Shown here: piece after piece, positions 1-14,841 of the stretch
Layout of the letters: every line of letters begins with the position of its first letter
Numbering within the stretch: position 1 is the first letter of the stretch
Assembly: GCA_963770875.1 (NCBI GenBank)
Contig: CAVYRE010000006.1
Location: 27,836-91,835, forward strand
Reading direction: 5' to 3'
Source of the DNA: an uncultured Chloroflexia bacterium
GTDB taxonomy: Bacteria; Chloroflexota; Limnocylindria; QHBO01
DNA length: 64,000 bases
Notes under the pieces: generated by a model
Databases searched by the model: none
What the model was told of the DNA's origin: nothing
The model's input: only the letters and a program-made list of their open reading frames with translations
Program-made: the position numbers and the translations under genes

Positions 1-176
1 TCGGGCAGGTTGGTGGTGATCGCCAGGATCACGAGCCCGCCGAGCGCCTCGCCGAACCCGAAGTGGCGCTCCAGCGCATCGGTCGTGTCCGAGAGCCAGA
101 GGCCCGCCAGCCAGACGGCGGCGGCCGAGCCGACGAAGATGGCAAGCGCCCCGATCAGGGTCAGTCCCGCAAACAC
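1..176 (-). CDS. Cation/Ca2+ exchanger (CaCA/YrbG-like) membrane protein, N-terminal part only. The gene runs off the window start.
   Basis: My own reverse-strand translation gives VFAGLTLIGALAIFVGSAAAVWLAGLWLSDTTDALERHFGFGEALGGLVILAITTNLPE, which resembles the alpha-1 repeat of Na+/Ca2+ exchanger family proteins. A GTG start is possible at 176. This reading is not in the ORF track. Confidence 0.45.
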   Translation of the reverse strand, partial: MFAGLTLIGALAIFVGSAAAVWLAGLWLSDTTDALERHFGFGEALGGLVILAITTNLP

Positions 177-286
177 GCCGGTAAGGGTAGCGGCAGGCTC
201 GGTGAGCTATACTCGCAACCCGTGGCGCCGCCGTGTGAGACGGCGCATTTCATTTCCCATTCCGCACCGTTGAGGACTGTTCGCTC

Positions 287-820
287 GTGGCACGAAAAGC
301 TCGAACCTGGAAGGGCGCGCGCACGCCGCAGGCCCTGAAGCGCGTCCGCCAGTCACTCCGCCGGCACACGATCAACCAGCGCACCCGCAGCGAGGCGAAG
401 ACGCTCGTCCTGGCCGCCAACAACATCGCCCTGGGCCGCGCCGAGGGCGATGGCGCCGCCGCGGTGGCTGCCGCCATCAGCGCGCTCGACAAGGCCGCCG
501 AGAAGGGGATCCTCCACCCGCGCAACGCCGCTCGCCGCAAGAGCCGGCTGATGGCCAAGGCCAACGCCGCGCACCTGCTGGAGGGAGCCACCCCCGAGCT
601 GGCCGCGCCGAAGAAGAAGTCGACCGCCACGAAGACGGCACAGCGCAAGAAGGTGGCCGCCTCGAAGGCGTCGAAGGCCGCCGCCGGCAAGGCCGCCGAT
701 CGACCTCGCACCGCGGCCGGCAAGGCCAAGGTCGCCGTGGTCCGCGCCTCGCGCGAGACGGCAGCCGCGCGCAAGCGCGCCAAGTCCGATACGGCCCCCG
801 AGGCTCCGGCGGAAGGCTAG
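287..820 (+). CDS. rpsT: 30S ribosomal protein S20 with a long Lys/Ala-rich C-terminal extension
   Basis: The core ALKRVRQSLRRHTINQRTRSEAKT...KGILHPRNAARRKSRLMAK matches S20. GTG start with GAGGA about 9-10 nt upstream. Roughly residues 95-177 form an AKK/KAA-rich tail. Confidence 0.85.
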   Translation: MARKARTWKGARTPQALKRVRQSLRRHTINQRTRSEAKTLVLAANNIALGRAEGDGAAAVAAAISALDKAAEKGILHPRNAARRKSRLMAKANAAHLLEGATPELAAPKKKSTATKTAQRKKVAASKASKAAAGKAADRPRTAAGKAKVAVVRASRETAAARKRAKSDTAPEAPAEG

Positions 821-830
821 TCCCCGCCTG

Positions 831-1646
831 ATGACAACGGAGCGGTCGCGCGACGACAATGCGCGCGTGACCGATCTCCGCGACCCCAGCACCCGCGCGA
901 CGCGCCTCGCCGCCAACGCGGCCATCCCGGCGATCGTGGCTTGGGCGGCGCTGTGGTACGTCACCACCCAGGTCCACAGCGTGCGGGTCGCCTCACCGTT
1001 CGGCGACGACCCATGGGACCTGGTGGCCTCGTACACCGCCATCTTCATGCCGATCGTGGTCGGCGCGACGTGGGTGCGCAGCCTACGGCATCGGGGACCG
1101 CACCTGCGGCGGCCACCGCCAGCCGGATCCGCGTCGGCACTGCCATCGCGCTTGGGCTGATCGGGGTGAACGTGGCGTCCGACGCGCTCGCCCTCTCGGT
1201 CGTGCCGGCGACGGCGACCGACGGCCGCCTCGCGCTGATCATCGGCCTGGTGGTCGGGGCCGGTGCGGCGTTCGTCTTCGCCGACCACCTACCTCGTGCG
1301 CGCGTTGCGGGCCTTCCGACCCGCACCGGGTGACGCAAGCGAACCCGACGTCCTCGACGACCTCCTTGGCCTGGTCGGCGAGGTCCCCGGAGCGGCCCGC
1401 GTGGTCCAGCCGCTCGACCGGTTCCTCGCCAGCTCGCCCGTGAGCCCGCGGAGGCATCGGCTCATCTTCGGGTTGCTCGCGGCAGCGCTGGTGGGCGTCG
1501 CCTTCGCCGTCTGGCACTCGATCGTCGAAGGGCCGTGGGCGTCGCTCCCCGTCATGGTCCTGTTCGCCGCGTTGATCGGCTTCGGGGTCCTCGCGATCTA
1601 CCTGGTCACGCTCGTCCCGCTTCGCCTCATCCGGCCCGCGCATTGA
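831..1646 (+). pseudogene. Hypothetical multi-pass membrane protein; its reading frame is broken twice
   Basis: Three hydrophobic ORF pieces (831-1160, 941-1333, 1263-1646) join into one plausible protein if one-base shifts are assumed near 1090 and 1300. No recognisable family. Confidence 0.4.
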
Positions 1647-1654
1647 CCGTACCG

Positions 1655-2128
1655 ATGTCCGAGCCACGCTCCGGCCACGTCGTCAGCGTCAACGTCAATG
1701 AGGGTGGCGTCCCGAAGCTGCCGGTGCCGGAGCAGTGGGTCGGCCCGCTCGGCCTCGCCGATGACCGCCACCTCGAGCCCGTGCCGAGCCACGGTGGCGT
1801 CGACCAGGCGGTCTGCCTCTACTCGATGGAGGCGATCGCTCGCCTCGTCGCCGAGGGGCACAACGCCTTCCCCGGGGCGTTCGGCGAGAACCTGACCCTG
1901 GAGGGGATCGAGCTTGACTCGATCGGGCCGGGCGATCGGCTGACTATTGGCGACGGTGGGCTCGTGATCGAGATCACCTGGAACGCGGCGCCCTGCTACA
2001 AGCAGGCCGACTGGTTCAGCGACGGCAGGTTCGGGCGGATCAGCCACAGGACGCATCCGGAGGATGCACGCTGGTACGCGCGGGTCATCAGCGAGGGGCC
2101 CGTGCACCCGGGAGACGCGGTCCGGTAG
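1655..2128 (+). CDS. MOSC domain-containing protein
   Basis: MSEPRSGHVVSVNVNEGGVPK...GENLTLEGIELDSIGPGDRLTIG...EITWNAAPCYK is a typical MOSC beta-barrel signature. ATG at 1655 lies inside ORF 1535-2128. Confidence 0.75.
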   Translation: MSEPRSGHVVSVNVNEGGVPKLPVPEQWVGPLGLADDRHLEPVPSHGGVDQAVCLYSMEAIARLVAEGHNAFPGAFGENLTLEGIELDSIGPGDRLTIGDGGLVIEITWNAAPCYKQADWFSDGRFGRISHRTHPEDARWYARVISEGPVHPGDAVR

Positions 2129-2131
2129 CGG

Positions 2132-2898
2132 TCACGCCCCTTGGCGGCGGACCTTCCAGATGTGCTCCATCGGCCATTTGCGGGCCCATTCGCGGTCCTC
2201 GACGGTGCGGTAGGTGCTCACCGCGTCGGGCTCGGGACGGAGCTCGATCAGGTCCTCGACCACGAAGCCGTTGGCGCGAAAGAGGCGGATCCACTCGCCG
2301 TAGGGCAGTTGGAACTCCACGTGCTGTGACTCCCCCACGTCGACGACGTTGAGCTCGTAGTAGTTGAGGTGCAGGCGATCGGTCACCTGCTCGGAGTCGG
2401 GCGGCCAGGCGATGTCGGCGACAGGGGTGTGCATGCTGAAGACGAGCAACCCGTCGCTGCGCAGCAGGCGCGCCGCCTCCGGGACGGTGCGGCGCGGATC
2501 GGCAAAGACCATGGCGCCGTGGTCGCAGAAGATCAGGTCGAAGCTGGCATCCGGATACGGCACCGCTTCGGCGCTGGCGTGGACGAGCGGGAAGTCGAGC
2601 CCGGCCGCCGCCAGCAGCTCCCGGGCATGCTCCAGCTGCCGCTCCGAGAGATCGAGGCCCACCGGTCGTGCGCCGCGCTTCGCCAGCTCGATCGACCACT
2701 GCGCCGCCCCGCAGCCCAGCTCCAGGACGTCCTTGCCGGCGACGTCGCCCAGGGCGTGGATCTCGTCCTCGGGAATCTGCCAGACGCCCCAGGCGGCGCC
2801 ATGGCGGGCCAGGTCGGCGCCGTGATCGGCCTGGTAGGTGTCGGCGAGCTCGTTCCAGAAGGCGCGATTCGTCTTCGCGTGATCGGTGAGGCGGTCCA

Positions 2899-2899
<1 letters not shown>
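2132..2899 (-). CDS. Class I SAM-dependent methyltransferase
   Basis: Has the VLELGCGAAQW SAM-binding motif. Its start ATG (2897-2899) shares one nt with the eno stop, consistent with translational coupling. Confidence 0.75.
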
Positions 2900-5390
<2,491 letters not shown>

Positions 5391-5397
5391 GTGCTGC

Positions 5398-7404
<2,007 letters not shown>

Positions 7405-7554
7405 AGGCCGTCATTGTAGCGACCGAGCACGGAATCGGCCGCTCGGCGGCGGCCATCGGTCTCCCGACGACGCGCGACCGAGCGGCCGACGCGCTTGGTA
7501 TTCAGCCGCAGCGGGCGAGATCCGCGCGACTGATGGGAACGGCAGATTCGGGCG

Positions 7555-7698
7555 TCAGGCGCCGATCTTGAACATCTTGGTGCCGCAGACCGGACAGGTG
7601 CCCTGGGTCGCAGGCTTGCCGTTCTTCATGGTGATCTTGTGATCGCCCTTCATTTCGCGCTTGGCCTTGCACTTGACGCAGTAGCCAGTGGTCGCCAT
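7555..7698 (-). CDS. Small zinc-ribbon protein (DUF5679-like)
   Basis: 47 aa, MATTGYCVKCKAKREMKGDHKITMKNGKPATQGTCPVCGTKMFKIGA, with two CxxC pairs. This is the internal ATG of ORF 7555-7932. Confidence 0.6.
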   Translation of the reverse strand: MATTGYCVKCKAKREMKGDHKITMKNGKPATQGTCPVCGTKMFKIGA

Positions 7699-7742
7699 CG
7701 GTGAGGTGCCTCCTTGTGTGCCGGCATGGGAACCGGTCCTGC

Positions 7743-8597
7743 TTAACGCTTCCCGCCCCGCTCGCCGATCAGAGCCGACCAGCGTGCGTGGTGATCTCCT
7801 TCGTTGCCGTTGTCGATCTCCCAGAGCAGGTGGATGCCGGACAGTCCGACATCGATGCAGCGTGCCTCCGCGGCCTCCTTCGCCGCTCCTTCCAGAAACG
7901 TCCCATCGACGCGCTGTGCGTAGGCCGCACACACCGTCCCCGCCCGCAATCCCGCGAGACCCGCCAGCACAAAGAGTGCCGACGACTCCATCTCGAGGTT
8001 CGCGACGCGTTGGCGGCGGAGCTCCTCCGCGAGATCAGGATAGCGAACCGGGAGCGTGCGCATCGCCCTTCCCTGCGGAGCGTAGAAGCCGCTTGCGGTC
8101 GCGGTCATGCCCATGTGGTACGGGGCGCCGGCCCGGAGGCATGCCGCCTCGAGCGCCCAGACCACGTCGCGATGGGCGATCGCGGGGTAGCCGGGATGCA
8201 CGTAGAAGTCGGTCGTGTTCTCGAGGCGCACCGCGCCGATCGACACGATCAGGTCGCCCAGGGCGATCTCCGGCTGGAGCGCCCCGCTCGATCCGATGCG
8301 GATGAACGTGGCGGAATCGGTGATCTCCATCACCTCGGCGAGCACGATCTCGACGTTGTCGGTGCCCATCCCGGTCGACATCACCGAAAGGCGCATCCCC
8401 CGATACGTGCCCGTCGCGGTGGTGATCTCCCGGTTGCTCCGGTTCAGCTCGACCGAGTCGAAGCGCTGCGCGACCTTCGCAACCCGGCCCGGATCCCCGA
8501 CCAGAAGGAGGTACTCGGCCAGCTCGCCACGCTCCAGGGCGATGTGGTACTGGCGGTCGCCGGTGCGGGGCGCGTCGGCGCGGGAAAGATCGGTCAA
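7743..8597 (-). CDS. Nucleoside phosphorylase, PNP/UDP family (uridine phosphorylase-like)
   Basis: 284 aa with LLVGDPGRV, MSTGMGTDN, IRIGSSGAL and VANLEMESSALF, characteristic of the PNP_UDP_1 fold. Confidence 0.8.
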   Translation of the reverse strand: MTDLSRADAPRTGDRQYHIALERGELAEYLLLVGDPGRVAKVAQRFDSVELNRSNREITTATGTYRGMRLSVMSTGMGTDNVEIVLAEVMEITDSATFIRIGSSGALQPEIALGDLIVSIGAVRLENTTDFYVHPGYPAIAHRDVVWALEAACLRAGAPYHMGMTATASGFYAPQGRAMRTLPVRYPDLAEELRRQRVANLEMESSALFVLAGLAGLRAGTVCAAYAQRVDGTFLEGAAKEAAEARCIDVGLSGIHLLWEIDNGNEGDHHARWSALIGERGGKR

Positions 8598-9654
8598 GGC
8601 CTCGGCAAGCTCCTCTGTGAGCGTGGCGGGTCAGGTCGGCGGGAGTATACGCCGCCCTTCCGCGGCCTCCTCCGCATCGACCCGCAGCAGCGAGAGGTGC
8701 GGGACGGACGCTTCGGGACTTCCTTCCGGTGTCTCCGACCACGACGCCTCGGCAAGCTGCGTCTCGCCGAGGCGCCGCCGGCGACCAAACCAGGCGGCCA
8801 ATCCGGCAAGCGACGCCAGCCCGATCCCCGACACGATCAGCCCCGCCTCTCGCGGCATCGGTCCGGTCGAGGGGGGCGTCGTGCCGGTGATCGGCGCGCT
8901 GGCTGCGAGGGTCGGCTGCGGTCGGGCGAGGACGGGAGGGATGCCATGCCACGGGATCATCGCGGCTCCGGCCTCGGTCCCGGTGAGGTTCGCTCCGACG
9001 AGCGGGGCCGGCGTCGACCCGCCATGCGGGCAGCACGTGGTGCCCACCCCCGCGCCGGAGACGGGAGTCGCAAGCACCAGCAGGTCGGCCCGTGCCCGTG
9101 GCCAGAGCCGGTACCCCTTGAGCGGGGCCTTGCTCGTCGTCTCCTGCCCGAGCACGCCGCGCAACTCGAGCCACGAGCCGCTCTTCACGCCGCTGGTCGC
9201 AATGCCGGTGCGGGGCGAGATGGTGACGCGGATCGGGCCCGACCCATCGTTGATCGAGAAGGAGACTGCCCCGCCGTGCGGCCGGCTCACCGCGCCGCTG
9301 ACCATGCCGCGGGTGATGACGAGCCGCGCCTCTTCGGCCTCACCCAGCCGGCCGGTGGCCTTGCGGACCGGCGTCGGATCGGCGAGCGTTCCAAGCCGCA
9401 GGGCGGGTTTCACGACACGCAGGGTGAGCATCCCGGCCTTCGTGGCGCGGACGCCGTCGAGCTCGACGAACTGGCCGAGCAGGAGGCTGCCCGCCTTGCT
9501 GCCGAGCCGAACCAGTATCGCCCCGCTGGAGTCCTGGACGACGGCGCTCCCTGCCTCGAGCAATCCCGATGGCGCCGTGACGACTCCCCGGACGCGGAGG
9601 CGCGTTCCAACCGTTGCCGCACGCGCCTGCGCGATCGAGACGATCGGGATGCCG

Positions 9655-9790
9655 CTCGCCGTGGCCGAGGGCGACGGTGCGGGGGTCAGCGTGGGGCTGC
9701 TCGTCAGCGCCGGCGACGCGGTCGGCTCCGGCGTCGGCGAGGGAGTCGGACTGGGGCTCGGCGTCGGGGTCGCGGCCGGCTCGACCGCGA
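9655..9790 (-). repeat. Low-complexity Pro/Thr/Ser-rich linker coding repeat inside the LTD protein
   Basis: Translates to PAATPTPSPSPTPSPTPEPTASPALTSSPTLTPAPSPS. The DNA is a periodic ggcgtcgg-type tract. Confidence 0.7.
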
Positions 9791-10339
9791 TGAGATCGGC
9801 GGCGTCCCGCGGCTGCACGCGGTACCCGACCGTGCCACTGCCGCCGGAGTCCCGTTGACCGACGACCCCGACCAGGGTCAGGCCCATGCCCCGCTCCCAG
9901 CCGGTGGTGTCGATCCCCGTCGCGGTGCCGATGACCACCCGGATCGCCCCGGTGCCATCGTCCACGTCCCAGGCCATGCCCGTGCTCAGGGTCGTTGCGT
10001 TGCTCGTGATCAGCCCCGTGAGCTCGACCAGCTGCCCCTCGTACGGCTCACCAACCGATCCCGTGTCCGTGTCCACTGGGAGCGGCTCGCCGCCGGTGCC
10101 GAGTGACGTGATCTGCGCCGCTGAGGTGCGGAGCGTGCGCTGGGAGTACCGATCGTCCACGGTGCCGGCAATCCGCAGGAACTGGCCCCGCGCGAAGCTT
10201 CCGTCGCTCAGCAGGACGGCGATGCCCGGCGGTGCCGTCCGCCAGGTACCCGCCTCCGTCGGTGAAGGCGGAGTCGGCCAGGGCGACCGCCCTCCACCAC
10301 GACCGCGGTTCCGTCGGCACGGACGCGCGCCTCGGCGAT

Positions 10340-10510
10340 CGAGATCGGCGCGGGCGTTGGCGTCGGAGTGGGCGTGGGTGATGGCGGCGGCGTGGGCGTC
10401 GGCGTCGGGGTGGGCGTGACGGCGAGTGAAGGGCTCGGCGTGTCGGAGGGAGCGGCGGTCGGCGACGGCGACTCCGTCGGAGTGGGCGTTGGGGTCGCCT
10501 CGATCGTCGC
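10340..10510 (-). repeat. Second Pro/Thr-rich linker coding repeat inside the LTD protein
   Basis: Translates to [51 protein letters not shown]. Confidence 0.7.
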
Positions 10511-11371
10511 GGGCTTGCGGTGGCGGCGGTCGAAGGAGTCGCAGATTCCGTCGCCGAGGGCGCCGGTGTCGGAGACGTGAAGCCGATCGGTGGCGATCCG
10601 CTGTTCTGGGGATCGGGAATCGGCTGGAGGACGAAGTCGACGAGGTTGTCGTCCATGTCCTGGCCCGATCCGGCCATGCCGCCGGGGAGCCGCTCCAGGC
10701 TGCTGCCGGCCGCAGGCGCGGGAGCCGGTTGCGCCTCGAGCCACGTGCTGGCGGCGGTCCCCCAGCCAACCGCGTCAACCGCGCTGGTCGCGCCCTGGAC
10801 GCGCAGCGCGACGCTCCCACCGGCGGCCGCACAGGCCGCTCGCGTAGCTGACGTCGGCCAGCCCGGCGAAGATGCCCGCCGAGTTCGCGATCAGCAGGTG
10901 GGCGCCCGCCGGCATGCCCGCCGCGCCGGCGGCCCAGGCGGCCTTGCGCGTGACCGTCGCGCCGCTCGAGGTCGCGTAGATGACCTCCAGCCCTTCGAGC
11001 GGCTGCGTGCTCGTCGTCGGGTTGTAGAGCTCGATGAACTCGTCCGAGGCGCTCGTACCGCCGGTCATCACCTCGCTCACGACGAGGTGGCTGGAGGCTC
11101 GTGCCGGAGAGATCGGCCTGGCCGACGGCAGACGCAGGCAACGGCAGCGCCAGGGCGCGGTCGAGCGCAAGTGCGACGAGCCCGATGGCAGCCAGGGCGG
11201 CGATGGGACGGCGAGCGACGGTGAAGAGGGACGGGGAAACGGGCACGGCACACCTCGACGGGGGAGGCGTGCAGGCCGCGGCAGGATGCCCGGCAACGGC
11301 TTACCGGGCGATTAGCCCGCGCTTATCGGCGGCCGCATGCAGCAGGATCGGGCAGCGTACAATCGCCGCTC

Positions 11372-12044
11372 ATGCCCAAGAAGACGGCCGCCCAGCGCGA
11401 TGCCGAACGCCGCGCCGAGGCGCGCCGGCGATCTCGGCTCGTGGCACAGGGACGCACCGAGGAGGTCGAGGAAGAAGTCGAGGAGGCACCGGCGCCGCCA
11501 GCCTTCGACGTCGTTCCTCCAGCGCATCTTCCCGCCGGCCGCGCCGCTCCCGGGGAAACCCGCCCCACTGGCCGGCTTCACCTACACCGGCAGGTTGCGT
11601 CCTGTCGTCCAGGCCGGCTGGCTGATCCGCCGCGACCTGTACGCCGGCATCGGGATGGGGATCCTGTGGGCCGGCTCGTACATCCTCGTCGGCCAGAGCG
11701 GGGGGTCGCTGCTCGGCACTGTTGCCTCGTTCGTCTCGTTCGGCGCGCTTGTCGCGGCCGGCTGGCTCGGCTGGCGGCGCCCCTGGTTCTATGGCCTCAT
11801 GGCCGCGGTCGTCGGCTACCTGCTGTACGCGCCGTACTTCTTCTTCGCGTACTCGCACAACCCGGTCTCGATCCCGACCGACCCGAACTACGTGGCTCCC
11901 TCGCAGGTGGCGGCCTACCTGGTCACCAACGGACTCCTGCAGGCCGCGATCGGTGCGCTCGCCGGCTTCTACGGCGGGTACCTGCGTCGGCGCCTGGCCG
12001 ATCCGGCCACGCGGCAGGCGGCCACCGCCCGACGTCGCCGCTAG
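11372..12044 (+). pseudogene. Hypothetical membrane protein with a charged N-terminus and 4-5 TM segments; one frame break near 11500
   Basis: MPKKTAAQRDAERRAEARRR...EEVEEEVEEAPAPPA (ORF 11372) continues in ORF 11337-12044 as FTYTGRLRPVVQAGWLIRRDLYAGIGMGILWAG... Confidence 0.5.
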
Positions 12045-12048
12045 GGGT

Positions 12049-14841
12049 TCAGCGGTGGGCCGCGGCCGCCGCCTCGGCGGCCGCCATCGCGCCTGCGTAG
12101 TCAGGCGCCAGGCCCAGCACCTCGCCGGTCGAGCGCATCTCCGGTCCGAGCGTGGCGTCCACGCCGGGCAGGCGCCAGAGCGAGCCGATCGGCGCCTTGA
12201 CGGCGACGAGCGCCGCGTCGGGTGCGAGCCCCGGCAGCCACCCCACGTCGGCAAGCGATGCGCCGAGCGCACAGCGGACCGCGGCTGCGACGACGTCCCG
12301 GCCGGTCGCCTTGGCCACGATCGGGACGGTCCGGCTCGCGCGCGGGTTGGCCTCGATCACCACCACGCGCCCCCCCGCCACGATCATCTGGACGTTGAGC
12401 ATGCCGCGCACGCCGAGGCGCAGCGCGATCCGCCCGGCCGTCTCCGCGGCTCGCTCCTGGATCGCCCGCGAGGCGCGTCTGCGGCGGCAGCACGGCGACC
12501 GAGTCGCCGGAGTGCACGCCGGGCGGATCGAGCTGCTCGAGGATGCCTGGCACGCACCAGTCGCGCCCGTCGCTCATCACGTCGACGTCGAGCTCGATGC
12601 CCTCGACCATCGCATCGACGCGCAGCGGCCAGCCGATCTCGGTCGCCAGCAGGCATCGCAAGGTCCGCCGCATCGGTCCAGCACGGCGATGCCCCGCCCG
12701 CCGATCACCCACGACGGCCGCACGATGGCCGGCAGCCCGATCTCCTCGAGCGCCGTCGCGCAGCTGCGCCTCGTCCGACGGCGACGCGGCCGCGCGGCCC
12801 CTCGATCCCCAGCTCGTCGAGCAGCGCGGCGAAGCGCTCCCGGTCCTCGGTCAGCTCGATCGCCTCGGCGGTGAGCCCGGCGATCGGCACGTCGGCGTAG
12901 GCCAGCTCCTTGGCCAGGTCGATCGCCGTCTGCCCGCCGAAGGTGAGCACCACGTGCGGCGGCTCGCCGGTGAGCGCCCGCTCGTGGTCGATCACGTCGA
13001 GCACGCTCTCGGCGTCGAGCGGCTCGAAGTAGAGGCGCGAGCAGGCGTCGTAGTCGGTCGACACGGTCTCGGGGTTGTTGTTGATGACCACCGCGTCGAG
13101 GCCCATCTCGCGGATCGCCCAGGCGGCGCGCACCGAGCAGTAGTCGAACTCGATCCCCTGCCCGATCCGGATCGGCCCTGAACCGACCACGATCACGCTG
13201 CGCCGCTCGGTCGGCGGCGCCACCTCGGCCACGGTGTGCGACGAGTAGAAGTACGGCGTCTCGGCTGGAAACTCGCCGGCGCAGGTGTCGACGCGTCGGT
13301 AGGCGGGACGGATCCCGGCCCGGACCCGGGCCCGCCGCACCGCGACCGCGGGAACGCCGCTGAGCGCCGCGATGTCGGCGTCGCCGAAGCCGGCGCGCTT
13401 GGCGTCGAGCAGCGAGCCACCCAGGACGCCTCGCTCCGCGCCGACCAGCTCGACGAGCCGCTCGCTGAACCATGGCGCGATCCCCGTTGCCGCGCTCAGC
13501 CCGGCGGCATCGGTCCAGTCATGGCGCAGCAGCGCGATCATCCGCCACAGGCGGGTGTCGCTCGGCGCCAGGAAGGCCGCGAGGTCGTGAGGAGCGCGAT
13601 GCGACAGCTCCCACTCGGCCGCCTCCCAGAGCCAGCCGTGGCCGCGCGGCTCGAGCGAGCGGATCGCCTTGAGGAGCGCGGGGCCGAACTCGCGGTCGAT
13701 CGCCATCGCCTCGCCGGTGGCCTTCATCTGGATCCCGAGCGACCGATCCGCCGACGGGAACTTGTCGAACGGCCAGCGCGGCAGCTTGACCACCACGTAG
13801 TCGACTGCCGGCTCGAAGGCGGCGCTCCCCGACCCGGTGGCCGGATTCGGCAGCTCGTGGAGCCGCTTGCCGAGCGCGATGAGCGCCGCGACCCGAGCGA
13901 TCGGGTAGCCGGTCGCCTTGCTGGCGAGGGCCGACGAGCGGCTCACCCGCGGGTTGACCTCGATCACGCGGTAGTCGCCACCATCGGGACGTACCGCCAG
14001 CTGCACGTTGCAGCCGCCCTCCAGGCGCAGCTCCCGCACGATCTTCAGCGCGCAGCGCCGCAGCCGCTGGACGAGCGGGTCGGGCAGGGTCTGGATGGGA
14101 GCCACCACGATCGAGTCGCCGGTGTGGACCCCCATCGGGTCGAGGTTCTCCATGCCGCAGATGGCGATCGCCGTGTCGGAGGCATCGCGCAGCACCTCGA
14201 ACTCGATCTCGTACCAGCCGAGCAGGCTGCGCTCGACGAGCACCTGCCCGATGGGGCTGGCCGCCAGCCCCGTGACCAGCCGCTCGCGCGCCTCGCCCGG
14301 CGTCATCGCGAATCCGCCGCCTCCACCGCCCAGCGTGAAGGCCGGGCGGATCACCACCGGCGCGCCGAGCTCCTCGACGAAGCGCAGCCCGTCCTCGACC
14401 GACTCGACCACCGCGCTCTCCGGCACCGGCTCGCCGATCCGAGTCACGAGGTCGCGGAAGCCGCCACGGTCCTCCGCCGCGCGCACCGCGGCAAGCGGCG
14501 TGCCGAGCACCCGCACGCCGTACCGCTCCAGCACCCCCGCGTCGTCGAGCGCCACGGCGAGGTTCAGCCCGGTCTGCCCGCCCAGGGTCGGGAGCAGCGC
14601 GTCGGGCCGGTGCTCCTCGATCACCGAGGTCAGGTGCGCGACCGTCAGCGGGCCGATCACCACCGTGCCGCCCACGTCCGGATCGGTCATCACGGTGGCG
14701 GGGTTCGAGTTGACGAGGACCGTCTCGACTCCCTCGCCGCGCAGCGCCAGGCAGGCCTGCACCCCCGCGTAGTCGAACTCGGCGGCCTGGCCGATGACGA
14801 TCGGTCCTGACCCGATGACAAGGACCCTGCGCGGGCGTCAC
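12049..14841 (-). pseudogene. carB: Carbamoyl-phosphate synthase large subunit; at least 4 frame breaks
   Basis: RVLVIGSGPIVIGQAAEFDYAGVQACLALRGEG..., two ATP-grasp halves, and GPEMRSTGEVLG near the end. GTG at 14841 sits in a GTGA overlap with the carA stop. Frame breaks lie near 14825, 12790, 12660 and 12480. Confidence 0.9.

Larger units (their letters stand above)
8631..11246 (-). pseudogene. Secreted, membrane-anchored surface protein: signal peptide, lamin-tail domain (LTD), Pro/Thr linkers, two OB-like beta modules, C-terminal TM anchor. At least 4 frame breaks.
   Basis: The LTD motif VVSEVMTGGTSASDEFIELYNPT...AGAHLLIANS sits in ORF 10775-11296. The domain continues in ORFs 10048-10677 and 10208-10744. 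The main frame ends with the TM segment GLIVSGIGLASLAGLAAWFGRRRR. Confidence 0.7.

Noticed and set aside
10-338. Plus-strand ORFs 10-273 and 63-338 at the window start.
   Set aside because: They overlap the better-supported minus-strand CaCA-type membrane protein N-terminus and the rpsT leader. Their composition is that of shadow frames.
7701-10106. Very long ORFs on the opposite strand or in alternative frames of well-supported genes. Examples: 7701-10106 (+, 801 aa), 353-1288 (-), 3091-4383 (+), 5263-6423 (+), 16077-17801 (+), 24654-27020 (+), 45039-46865 (+), 57073-59589 (+).
   Set aside because: Their translations are Arg/Ala/Gly/Pro-rich low-complexity strings typical of stop-poor shadow frames in very GC-rich DNA. 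Each overlaps a gene with clear family motifs (udp-like/LTD, eno, gap, and others).
9655-10510. Periodic GC-rich short repeats (ggcgtcgg / ggcgtggg) that could look like a repeat array or CRISPR.
   Set aside because: They are the reverse strand of Pro/Thr-linker codons inside the LTD protein. There are no unique spacers of constant length and no cas genes.
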